A stretch of DNA of 64,000 nt from Bacteroidota bacterium. GTDB lineage: Bacteria > Bacteroidota > Bacteroidia > Bacteroidales > VadinHA17. The position numbers and the translations under genes were made by a program. The notes under the pieces were generated by a model. That model did not search any database. It was given only the letters and a program-made list of their open reading frames with translations, and was not told the origin of the DNA. Where the stretch lies: positions 19,188 to 83,187 of the forward strand of contig QKGI01000136.1 in the NCBI GenBank assembly GCA_003250475.1. Reading direction: 5' to 3'. Positions 18,159 to 26,675 of the stretch are shown in pieces (the first letter of the stretch is position 1; each line of letters opens with the position of its first letter).

Positions 18159-19529
18159 ATGGCAGTTCCCGGATTCATAATATGTATTGCAGTAATTTCA
18201 ATAACAGCAGTACTGCTCTACAGGAGGTTTAATCCTCAGGCTGTCCTGATTTTTGCGGGACTACTGATGATAAGTTTTGCGGCTGCTATGGGGTTGCACC
18301 CCATAGCGGTCACGAAACCCTCAGGCAGTTTTGTGTTTGATATCGTCCAGGAGATTGAGGACGGCTTCATAAGCAACATCACAAGAATTGGATTAATGAT
18401 AATGACAATAGGCGGATATGTGGCCTTTATGAATAAGATAAAAGCTACCGATTCGCTTGTTTACATTGCCATCAAGCCACTGGCATTCTTCAGAAAATAT
18501 CCCTACCTGGCCTCGGTCATTGCAATTCCGATCGGTCAGATCCTGTTTATGACTATACCGTCAGCTGCAGGCCTTGGCCTCCTCCTGGTGGCATCGTTCT
18601 ATCCGGTGCTTGTCAGCCTCGGGTGCAGCAGGATGACTGCCCTTTCGGTAATTGCAGCGGCAACAATTTTCGACCAGGGTCCCGGATCAGCAAATACCGC
18701 TATGGCCGCTTCACTGATCGGCAAAGCAAATGTGGAATACTTTGTCAGCGATCAGTTGCCTCTTGTCATACCTACTACCGTGGTTGTGATGATACTTTAC
18801 TACTTCAGTAACAGATATTTCGACAAGAGAGACCTGAAGGCAGGGAAGGAGACCTGTATAAGAGAACCGGAACAGAAGGGGAAACCGGACATGCCTCTGA
18901 TATTTGCCATATTGCCGATGCTGCCTCTGCTGCTTCTTGTAATCTTCTCGGAATATGTTGGCCTGGTCGACATCCACCTGAGCACCACGGTGGCGATGCT
19001 GTTTTCCCTGATAGTGTCGGTGGTCTTTGTCATTATCGTCAAAAGGGATTTCCGAAGCGTAATAGACATGCTTGAAAGCTTCTGGAAAGGCATGGGCAGT
19101 GTTTTCAGCTCTGTAATAACCCTGATAGTCTCGGCTGAGATTTTTTCACAGGGACTGATCAGCCTGGGATTCATAGATACTCTTGTCACCGGCTCAACAC
19201 ACCTTGGATTTTCAGGAGTCGTCATTTCCATCTTTATCACGATACTGATATTCCTTGCAGCCATGTTGATGGGTAGCGGTAATGCAGCATTCTTCTCCTT
19301 CGGGCCTCTTATACCGGACATAGCACCGAGGCTTGCGATGAATGCGCCTGACATGATCCTGCCTATGCAGTTGTCTGCAAGCATGGGTAGAGCCACATCA
19401 CCCATTGCAGGAATTATTGTTGCCATAGCGGGTGTCGCGGGTGTATCACCCGTTGAGCTGGCAAAAAGAAACCTGCCGCCTCTGGCGGGCGGACTGTTTG
19501 TTCTCTTGTTGTTTCATTTTATCTTCTGA
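18159..19529 (+). CDS. DcuC-family transporter, copy 2 (divergent paralog of 10450-11832)
   Basis: 456 aa, colinear with copy 1. Examples: LLYRRFNPQ vs LLYRRYNPS; GSGNAAFFSF; GVSPVELAKRNLPP. Confidence 0.8.
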   Translation: MAVPGFIICIAVISITAVLLYRRFNPQAVLIFAGLLMISFAAAMGLHPIAVTKPSGSFVFDIVQEIEDGFISNITRIGLMIMTIGGYVAFMNKIKATDSLVYIAIKPLAFFRKYPYLASVIAIPIGQILFMTIPSAAGLGLLLVASFYPVLVSLGCSRMTALSVIAAATIFDQGPGSANTAMAASLIGKANVEYFVSDQLPLVIPTTVVVMILYYFSNRYFDKRDLKAGKETCIREPEQKGKPDMPLIFAILPMLPLLLLVIFSEYVGLVDIHLSTTVAMLFSLIVSVVFVIIVKRDFRSVIDMLESFWKGMGSVFSSVITLIVSAEIFSQGLISLGFIDTLVTGSTHLGFSGVVISIFITILIFLAAMLMGSGNAAFFSFGPLIPDIAPRLAMNAPDMILPMQLSASMGRATSPIAGIIVAIAGVAGVSPVELAKRNLPPLAGGLFVLLLFHFIF

Positions 19530-19536
19530 TAATACG

Positions 19537-20649
19537 ATGATATCAATAATAAAAGGCGGAGAGGTTTATGCACCTGAAAGACTGGGGAAAAAGGACATTC
19601 TCACAGTTAACGGACAAATTGTGGCAATAGAGGATTCCATCACAGTGAAGGAGTTGTCACCGGTAGTAATTGACGCAGCAGGGAGAAAGATATGCCCTGG
19701 CTTTATTGATCAGCATGTCCACGTCACCGGCGGGGGAGGACAGTTCGGTTTTTCATCTTTTATACCCGAGCTGTTTGCGGGTGACTTGCTTGCTGTAGGA
19801 ACCACAACGGTACTGGGCATGCTGGGTACCGACGGATTTGTAAAAGAGCTAAGCACCCTGTACAGCAAGGTCAAATCACTGGATGAGACGGGCGTCACCG
19901 CATTTATGCTCACCAGCTATTACGGATTCCCCCCGAAGACAATTTGCGGATCAGTAGCTGACGATCTGATATTCATAGATAAGGTTATAGGATGCAAGCT
20001 GGCTATAAGTGACGATCGCAGCTCTTTCCCAACAGAGCGTGAGATACTCAGACTAATTAACCAGGTAAGGCTGGGAGGCTTTACATCAGGTAAGGGAGGA
20101 ATACTTCATATGCATCTCGGAGCCCTTGAAAGCAGGGTTGATACCCTCCTGAATATTGCAGAAAACTATCCGTCACTTATATCATATATCTCACCGACAC
20201 ACTGTTCAAGGACCCGGAAACTGTTTGAAGATTGCCTGAAGTTAGCCAGAGCCGGGGTAATGATCGATATCTCTACCGGGGGTACCACCTTCACCAATCC
20301 GCATAAGGCAGTTCAGATTGCTATTGAGGAAGGTGTGACCCCGGATCGGATAACATTTTCAAGCGACGGTAGAGGAGGTGTGCGAAGGGAAGATCCCATA
20401 ACAGGTGCCGTAACCTATAATCCTGCTCCTCTTGACCTTAACCTTAAAGAGGTCGTCAGCCTCGTTGTAAATAATATTCTCCCGCTCGAGGAAGCATTGA
20501 AGCTGATAACAGTAAACCCGGCAAAGAACATGAAGATAAAAGGCAAGGGTAAACTGATGCCTGGTTACGATGCTGATATGGTTATTCTTAACGACAATCT
20601 TGAAATAGAGCAGGTCATTTCAATGGGTGTCAGCCGGCTGAAAAAGTGA
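19537..20649 (+). CDS. iadA: isoaspartyl (beta-aspartyl) dipeptidase
   Basis: The ORF is trimmed to MISIIKGGEVYAP (ATG 19537). It is colinear with E. coli IadA as I recall it: CPGFIDQHVHVTGGGG, LGTDG, VIGCKLAISD, HMHLG, SPTH, FSSDG, GYDADMVIL. There is no signal peptide, so it is predicted to be cytoplasmic. Confidence 0.88.
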   Translation: MISIIKGGEVYAPERLGKKDILTVNGQIVAIEDSITVKELSPVVIDAAGRKICPGFIDQHVHVTGGGGQFGFSSFIPELFAGDLLAVGTTTVLGMLGTDGFVKELSTLYSKVKSLDETGVTAFMLTSYYGFPPKTICGSVADDLIFIDKVIGCKLAISDDRSSFPTEREILRLINQVRLGGFTSGKGGILHMHLGALESRVDTLLNIAENYPSLISYISPTHCSRTRKLFEDCLKLARAGVMIDISTGGTTFTNPHKAVQIAIEEGVTPDRITFSSDGRGGVRREDPITGAVTYNPAPLDLNLKEVVSLVVNNILPLEEALKLITVNPAKNMKIKGKGKLMPGYDADMVILNDNLEIEQVISMGVSRLKK

Positions 20650-20683
20650 AATAGATCAATTGATAAATCATAACCCGTTTAAA

Positions 20684-21634
20684 ATGAAGATACTTAGAAA
20701 AGAGAGCCTGGTTGTCCCAATCCTGTTGCTTACCTTATTGATCCCGGCCGGGTGCAAATCCAACACAGATAATAATAGGAGCGTGCCGCAATCAGGGATT
20801 ATGACTTTCAACACGGGTCCGGGTTTTGATGACAGGGAGATCAAGGTTCATTACTATATACCTGCCGGGAAGGTTTCAGAAATGAAATGCCAGGTTGTAA
20901 TGCACGGTGCCGGCAGAAATGCAGATGAATATCTTGCCGGTTGGATATCTAAAGCCGATGAATATGGCCTGATCATTATCGCACCCGGGTTCTCCAGGGA
21001 ACTATTCAGACCTGAGGAGTACTATGGTGGAATGGCTGTTACTCCCGAAGGGGAAATCAATGAACCGGATTCAACCACCTTTTCTCTGATTGACAGGATT
21101 TTTGAACTGGTAAAAAAGACACATAAACTGAAGCAAACATCTTATAATATCTTTGGTCACTCAGCCGGTGGGCAGTTTACGCACAGGTTCATGCTGTTCT
21201 ATGACAGTCCTTATGTTGACAGGGCCGTTGCCGCCAATGCCGGATGGTATACTTTCCCGGACGACACGACTAATTACCCTTACGGACTCAGGGGTCTTTA
21301 CCCTGATATCGACACTATCAGAAAAAAATATTATGCCAGACAGCTTACAATACTGCTAGGCACAGCCGACACCATAAGGAGTGATGACCTCAGGCAGACT
21401 CCTGAGGCTGATCTTCAGGGATTAACCAGGCTGGCAAGAGGAGAGGCATTTTTTAATTATAATAAGTTAACGGCCGGCAAGCTTGGGCTTGCCTTTGTAT
21501 GGAACAAGGCTTATGTACCGGGAGCGGGGCATGATCATACCAGGATGTCTCCGGCAGCCGCAGATCTGCTGTATGGCAGCCGGATAACGGAAAAAGATGA
21601 TATCTTAGAGCAGCCGGATGAAGATAAACAATAG
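20684..21634 (+). CDS. alpha/beta hydrolase lipoprotein (PHB-depolymerase/LpqC-like esterase fold)
   Basis: Start MKILRKESL with lipobox IPAGC. It has VVMHGAGRNADEY, a flanking W...ADEYGLIIIAPGF block and the nucleophile elbow GHSAGGQF, plus a late GAGHDH. Confidence 0.65.
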   Translation: MKILRKESLVVPILLLTLLIPAGCKSNTDNNRSVPQSGIMTFNTGPGFDDREIKVHYYIPAGKVSEMKCQVVMHGAGRNADEYLAGWISKADEYGLIIIAPGFSRELFRPEEYYGGMAVTPEGEINEPDSTTFSLIDRIFELVKKTHKLKQTSYNIFGHSAGGQFTHRFMLFYDSPYVDRAVAANAGWYTFPDDTTNYPYGLRGLYPDIDTIRKKYYARQLTILLGTADTIRSDDLRQTPEADLQGLTRLARGEAFFNYNKLTAGKLGLAFVWNKAYVPGAGHDHTRMSPAAADLLYGSRITEKDDILEQPDEDKQ

Positions 21635-22958
21635 CAAGTGGCTCAAAACAGCAGGGTTACTGGCAGCAGGAATTGTTGTCGGTAACCTGGCTATGGATGA
21701 CCCCGGGCAGAAGCTGGGGGTTGGCATTCTGATATTTATCGGAGGTTTATGGGTGACAGAGATATTCCCTCTTGCTGTTTCGGGTCTTCTTGTGCCGGTT
21801 ATAGCTGTACTGTTCAATATTTTTAATGCCAGGGAGGCACTGTCACATTTTGCCAATCCGGTAATTTTCATTTTCATCGGAGGCTTTGCACTTGCCGCCG
21901 TCCTGAATGAACACGGTATTGACAGGTGGCTGGCAAACAACCTGATTCACCTGGCCAGGGGCAAAAGATGGGTTGCCGTTGCATCTATCCTTGGCGCCAC
22001 ATCCCTTCTTTCAATGTGGATGAGCAATACGGCCACAGCAGCCATGTTTCTTCCTATCGGTATGTCACTCATTGATAAAAAGTATCCAAAGGCACGCACG
22101 TTTGTTATCCTGGGAACAGCGTTTGCTGCGAGCATCGGAGGAATAAGCACCCTTATCGGCAGTCCCCCAAACCTGATTGCTGCCGGCGCACTGGATATTG
22201 ATTTCGTTACCTGGTTTAAATTCGGATTTCCGGTGACACTGATCCTCTTCCCTCTTCTCCTTTTTGTACTTAAACTGATTGTCAAACCCGAGAAGGATTT
22301 CCATCTTAACGAAATAAATATCACGCGGGAGAACTGGAGCAGTAAACAGACGATGGCAACTGCCTTTTTCTTTTTTATTGTGATACTGTGGATCGGATCC
22401 AAACCGATAGGTGATCTCATGCATATTGATAATTTTGATGCTGTTGTCGGGGTACTGGCGGCTGCGCTGGCACCGGCATTCGGACTCACTTCATGGACCA
22501 GGATGCAGGACTCCATCAACTGGGGTATCCTGCTGCTGTTCGGCGGAGGTTTGTGCCTGAGTGCGATTCTCTCCGAAACAGGCACTTCGGCAATGATTGC
22601 CAACAGCATTTTGAAAAACATCAATGAAGGTCATGGACTGATGCTGTTGTTACTGGCTGTGATATTTATTATCGGCCTGACAGAAATATCGAGCAACACC
22701 GGTGCTGCTGCGATATCCATACCAATAATGATGGAGGTAGCCATGCAATTCAATCCGGAATATGTTTTGCCGATGGTCATGGCTATCGGGATAGGTGCCA
22801 ACTGTGCATTCATGCTTCCTGTATCAACGCCTCCCAATGCCCTGGCCTATGCTACCGGTGAGGTGACGGTAAAAACAATGATAAAAGCAGGCGTGCTGCT
22901 TGATCTTATAGCAATTCCCATAATATGGCTATGGGTCAGTAAAGGACTTGTATTCTGA
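21618..22958 (+). CDS. DASS (SLC13-like) family anion/dicarboxylate:sodium symporter
   Basis: 446-aa polytopic protein with two hairpin SNT motifs (MSNTATAAMFLPIG and SSNTGAAAISIPIM). Each is followed by a PPN motif (GSPPNLIAAG, STPPNALAYA). The gene overlaps the upstream gene by 17 nt. Confidence 0.85.
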   Translation: MKINNSKWLKTAGLLAAGIVVGNLAMDDPGQKLGVGILIFIGGLWVTEIFPLAVSGLLVPVIAVLFNIFNAREALSHFANPVIFIFIGGFALAAVLNEHGIDRWLANNLIHLARGKRWVAVASILGATSLLSMWMSNTATAAMFLPIGMSLIDKKYPKARTFVILGTAFAASIGGISTLIGSPPNLIAAGALDIDFVTWFKFGFPVTLILFPLLLFVLKLIVKPEKDFHLNEINITRENWSSKQTMATAFFFFIVILWIGSKPIGDLMHIDNFDAVVGVLAAALAPAFGLTSWTRMQDSINWGILLLFGGGLCLSAILSETGTSAMIANSILKNINEGHGLMLLLLAVIFIIGLTEISSNTGAAAISIPIMMEVAMQFNPEYVLPMVMAIGIGANCAFMLPVSTPPNALAYATGEVTVKTMIKAGVLLDLIAIPIIWLWVSKGLVF

Positions 22959-23174
22959 ATTACCTGTATCATGCACATTATCTACGGGCATGATTGCCAC
23001 GCCCTCAGATACCACATATGTGCATATTTAATTATATATGTTAACTGATACCCGGGCCTGAAATAAATTGTGGAATCTGAAAGCCAGGGACCGGGTTTTA
23101 AAAATCCAGAAATCTGATTGACATAACATATGAAAAAAAATGGTGTAATTTAATATCTCAAAACTCGTACGAAA

Positions 23175-23930
23175 ATGAAGAAAACATTCAAAATCATCGT
23201 TTTAACAGCATTATTTGGTATTCTTTATATCAACGGTAATGCTCAGGGAGAAAAGGATTCGCTCAGAGTACTGTTTGTGGGTAACAGTTACACCTACTTT
23301 GAAAATATGCCACAGATGGTTTCGGTGATTTCAGAGAAGACAGGCACCAAATTAATTACTGAAAAAATTACCCTAGGGGGCGCCAAGCTCAGTGAGCACT
23401 GGCGGGGTGAACGGGGACTGAAGACGCTGGAGAAGATAAAATCCGGGGATTTTGATATAGTAATCCTGCAGGAATGGAGTCTCGGAACGGTAAGTGAGAG
23501 GGACAGCGCCATGAAGTACCTGGCATTGTTTAGCGATTTTGTCAGGGAACAGGGGGCCATTCCCTACTACTACCTCACCTGGGCCAGGGAGAAGGTTCCT
23601 CAGCAACAGAGTACGATCAGTAACGCATATCGTGAAGCAGCCGGACAAAATGACGCAGTAGTGGTCCCTGTGGGGGAAGCCTGGGCTATTGCACGGAAGC
23701 TGCGTCCCGACTTCAAACTGTTCAATCCTGACGGGACCCATCCTTCTGCCTTTGGGGCTTATCTAACCGCATGTGTTTTTGTAGATGTGATAACAGGTGA
23801 GCTGCCTGCCGTTCTGCCGACCTTCCTCGGTACCCGTGACCGGCATGGTGAATCTGTGATACTGATGATGATCGATCAGTTTGACGCGGACTTTTGCCGG
23901 GCAGTGGCCCTGGAGGCTGTCAGCCGGTAG
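23175..23930 (+). CDS. secreted SGNH-like hydrolase-fold protein (DUF4886-like)
   Basis: Signal peptide, VLFVGNSYTY near the N-terminus and DGTHPSAFGAYL (DxxH block) near the C-terminus. Confidence 0.6.
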   Translation: MKKTFKIIVLTALFGILYINGNAQGEKDSLRVLFVGNSYTYFENMPQMVSVISEKTGTKLITEKITLGGAKLSEHWRGERGLKTLEKIKSGDFDIVILQEWSLGTVSERDSAMKYLALFSDFVREQGAIPYYYLTWAREKVPQQQSTISNAYREAAGQNDAVVVPVGEAWAIARKLRPDFKLFNPDGTHPSAFGAYLTACVFVDVITGELPAVLPTFLGTRDRHGESVILMMIDQFDADFCRAVALEAVSR

Positions 23931-24071
23931 TGAGCGGGAACCATTGAGACAGCAACCCGATGGCAGGTCCGGCATTGGGATTGAGAACCACAGGACGGAA
24001 AGCCTGCAATGTAAAGCAACAGGAGCAATTGATTTCCGGCTTATTCTGATTTCCCGGTTCTGCCGGACTAA

Positions 24072-24108
24072 TGAAAAAGCCCCTTGACATCTGTCGGTCA
24101 GGGGGCTT
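24072..24108 (-). terminator. intrinsic terminator downstream of tRNA-Leu
   Basis: Minus strand: AAGCCCC-C-TGAC...GTCA-A-GGGGCTT followed by TTTTC. It begins 7 nt after the tRNA 3' end. Confidence 0.75.
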
Positions 24109-24114
24109 CTGAAG

Positions 24115-24198
24115 TACCCGGAGCCGGGATCGAACCGGCACAGCATCGCTGCCACTGGTGTTTGAGACCAGCGCGTCTACCAATTCCGCCATCCGGGC
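24115..24198 (-). tRNA. tRNA-Leu (anticodon CAA)
   Basis: Minus strand sequence GCCCGGATGGCGGAATTGGTAGACGCGCTGGTCTCAAACACCAGTGGCAGCGATGCTGTGCCGGTTCGATCCCGGCTCCGGGTA. The anticodon stem is CTGGT/ACCAG with loop CTCAAAC. It has a long variable arm and the T-loop GGTTCGATCC. There is a 7-bp acceptor stem (one G-U pair) and no encoded CCA. Confidence 0.92.
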
Positions 24199-24352
24199 GT
24201 ATTTTCTTTGTTTCTACCTATCTAGTTAATGTATTTATTGTTAATAGCCTATTTTACTTATTTCATCCGGATGGCGGAATTGTCTGCCCTGCATTCCGGC
24301 TCCTCTCCGCCAGCCGGCGGATCGGCCCTGCCATCCGGGCGTATCTTTGTCT

Positions 24353-24392
24353 TGCAGTCTTGCAGTCATGCAGTCATGCAGTCATGCAGTCT
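24353..24392. repeat. 8-bp tandem repeat, 5 units (TGCAGTCW)
   Basis: Read directly from the sequence: TGCAGTCT TGCAGTCA TGCAGTCA TGCAGTCA TGCAGTCT. Confidence 0.95.
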
Positions 24393-24593
24393 GGAGGTCT
24401 CAGGTCTGAAGGTCAGACTGTACGGTCAACATGTACCGTTTGTCAACCGCCATACCTCATTACCGGCACTCAGGGCTGCAGTGTGCGAAAATAGAATATT
24501 TTTTTTAATAATTTTCTTTCGTGAGGCAAACAGGCTATCTGATTCCATTGCATATGGTTACCTGACAGTGAAGTCACGTACCCCCGCACCCTT

Positions 24594-26492
24594 TCACCTG
24601 CCACAGGCCTGTAAGATTGTTTTATAAATGCCTTCGGTGTCGTATCCGCACTCATGCCAAAGCTCCTTCTGGGTTCCGTGCTCAACAAAGTAATCAGGAA
24701 TTCCCATACGCTTAACTTCAGGAGAATAGCCGTTGTCGGCGGCAAACTCAAGTACTGCGCTGCCGAACCCTCCCTTGATCACCCCGTCTTCAACAGTGAT
24801 GACTTTTTTGAACCCCTTCATGACCTTATGCAGTACCTCTGTATCGACCGGGTTGGCAAAACGCATGTCATAGTGCATTACGGAGATACCCTTATCACGT
24901 AGCTTCTCCACTGCTTCAGCAACAAAATTACCGGGATGGCCGATACTCAGGACAGCTATGTCACTTCCCTCGCTTATCATGCGGGCCCGGCCCACTTCTA
25001 TCTCCTCAAACGGCTTCTGCCAGTCGCATATCACTCCTGTTCCGCGTGGGTAGCGTATGCTGAAAGGTCCTTTTATGCTGTCGAGCTGTGCGGTGTACAT
25101 CATATTGCGCAGTTCCACCTCGTCCATCGGGGCTGCTGTTATCATGCCCGGTATGTTACGCATGAAGGCAAGATCGAAGAACCCGTGATGGGTGGCGCCG
25201 TCAGTGCCCACCAGTCCGCCCCGGTCAAGGCAGAACACTACCTTAAGTCCCTGTATAGCCACGTCATGTATTACCTGGTCATAGGCACGCTGCATAAACG
25301 AGGAGTAGATGTTACAGTAGGGGAGCAGGCCGTTGGCAGCCATTCCTGCTGAGAAGGTGACAGCATGTTGTTCACATATTCCGACATCAAAGGCTCTGCC
25401 TGGCATCTCCCTCATCATGATGTTGAGTGAACATCCCGTCGGCATTGCAGGTGTTATGCCGACAATCCTGTCATTCTGCCGCGCAAGCTCAACGATGGTA
25501 TTGCCAAAAACCTCCTGGTAGAGAGGGTGCTTTGAGCATTCGGCAGGTCTGATGAGCTCACCCGTGCATTTGTCGAACCGGCCGGGGGCATGGAAAATGG
25601 TCTGTTGTTCCTCGGCTTTTGGAAATCCTTTTCCTTTGACTGTCACACAGTGCAGAAGCTTGGGTCCCGGTATTGTCTTGAGATCCTCCAGTACCCTGGT
25701 GAGATGAAGGACATCATGCCCGTCAATGGGTCCGAAGTATCTGAATTTAAATGCCTCGAACAGGTTGCTTTGTTCAAGTACTGTTCCCTTGATGGTTCCT
25801 TCAATCTGTGAAGCTATTGTCTGGGCCCTGGACCCCACTCTCTTCGAGCGGCCCAGCAGCTTCCACATCTTGTCCTTGAACCTGTTGTAAGTCCTGCTGG
25901 TGGTTATGTCAAGAAGGTACTCCTTGAGAGCTCCCACGCTTGCATCAATGGATATGTTATTGTCGTTCAGGATTACCAGGAGGTCTGCCTTTTCATTCCC
26001 GGCGTTGTTCATCCCTTCATACGCAAGACCTGCCTGGAGGGCACCGTCACCTATCACTGCAACCACTTTTCGTTTTTCACCTCTTGCCTGGGAGGCTACG
26101 GCCATCCCCAGTGCTGCCGAGATGGATGTTGATGAATGACCCACACCAAACGCATCATACTCACTCTCAGCCATACGTGGAAAGCCGCTTATACCTTTGT
26201 ATTTACGGTTTGTGTGAAACTGGGCTTTACGTCCGGTCAGGATCTTGTGGCCATATGCCTGATGACCCACGTCCCAGACAATCTTATCATAAGGCGTATT
26301 ATAAACGTAGTGCAGGGCAACTGTCAGCTCAACAACACCGAGACTTGCACCGAAGTGCCCGGGATTACTGCTGACCTCATCGATGATATGCTGCCGTAGC
26401 TCATCGCTGAGCCTGACCAGGTCGAGCCTGTCAAGCTTCCTGAGGTCATCAGGAGTATTTATCCTGTCTAACAGCCGTTCTGAGTCTGACAT
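24594..26492 (-). CDS. dxs: 1-deoxy-D-xylulose-5-phosphate synthase
   Basis: 632 aa. It has an N-terminal LLDRINTPDDLRKL, the HFGASLGVVELTVALHYV and VWDVGHQAYGHKILTGR motifs, the ThDP-binding GDGALQAG...NDN, and transketolase-like C-terminal domains. Confidence 0.96.
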   Translation of the reverse strand: MSDSERLLDRINTPDDLRKLDRLDLVRLSDELRQHIIDEVSSNPGHFGASLGVVELTVALHYVYNTPYDKIVWDVGHQAYGHKILTGRKAQFHTNRKYKGISGFPRMAESEYDAFGVGHSSTSISAALGMAVASQARGEKRKVVAVIGDGALQAGLAYEGMNNAGNEKADLLVILNDNNISIDASVGALKEYLLDITTSRTYNRFKDKMWKLLGRSKRVGSRAQTIASQIEGTIKGTVLEQSNLFEAFKFRYFGPIDGHDVLHLTRVLEDLKTIPGPKLLHCVTVKGKGFPKAEEQQTIFHAPGRFDKCTGELIRPAECSKHPLYQEVFGNTIVELARQNDRIVGITPAMPTGCSLNIMMREMPGRAFDVGICEQHAVTFSAGMAANGLLPYCNIYSSFMQRAYDQVIHDVAIQGLKVVFCLDRGGLVGTDGATHHGFFDLAFMRNIPGMITAAPMDEVELRNMMYTAQLDSIKGPFSIRYPRGTGVICDWQKPFEEIEVGRARMISEGSDIAVLSIGHPGNFVAEAVEKLRDKGISVMHYDMRFANPVDTEVLHKVMKGFKKVITVEDGVIKGGFGSAVLEFAADNGYSPEVKRMGIPDYFVEHGTQKELWHECGYDTEGIYKTILQACGR

Positions 26493-26675
26493 TTATAAGG
26501 GACATATAATTGACCGGGCAAAGATACTCATATTTTGATTTTGGAGGGAAGATACTGTTACCCGCAGATGGTAGTAAATATTCATTATTGTTAATTAATC
26601 ATCCGACTATTAACAACAGGATAAGCCATTTATTGTTTATTTCGCCCCAGGGGTAAGATCAAAAAGAATCAGGTC

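Noticed and set aside
18800-19426. 208-aa ORF on the minus strand
   Set aside because: It is antisense to the second DcuC-type gene, which aligns along its length with the first copy. It is a shadow ORF.
21947-22624. 225-aa ORF on the minus strand (and the nested 22065-22424 ORF)
   Set aside because: It is antisense to the DASS transporter, whose SNT/PPN signatures fix the plus strand as coding.
24353-24392. Possible CRISPR array
   Set aside because: The units are only 8 bp, directly abutting with no spacers, and there are no cas genes in the window.
24115-24400. Integrated mobile element using tRNA-Leu as an att site
   Set aside because: The duplicated segment is the 5' end of the tRNA, not the 3' end. 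The copies are only about 130 bp apart. No integrase, excisionase, transposase or phage gene occurs on either side; the flanking genes are the SGNH-like hydrolase gene and dxs.
23763-24627. ORFs of 68-136 aa spanning the tRNA-Leu gene and the repeat region (23763-24155, 23920-24192, 24084-24494, 24229-24627)
   Set aside because: They run through a tRNA gene, its terminator and tandem or inverted repeats. Their translations are low-complexity (for example SCSHAVMQS repeated from the 8-mer array). They are not credible as proteins.
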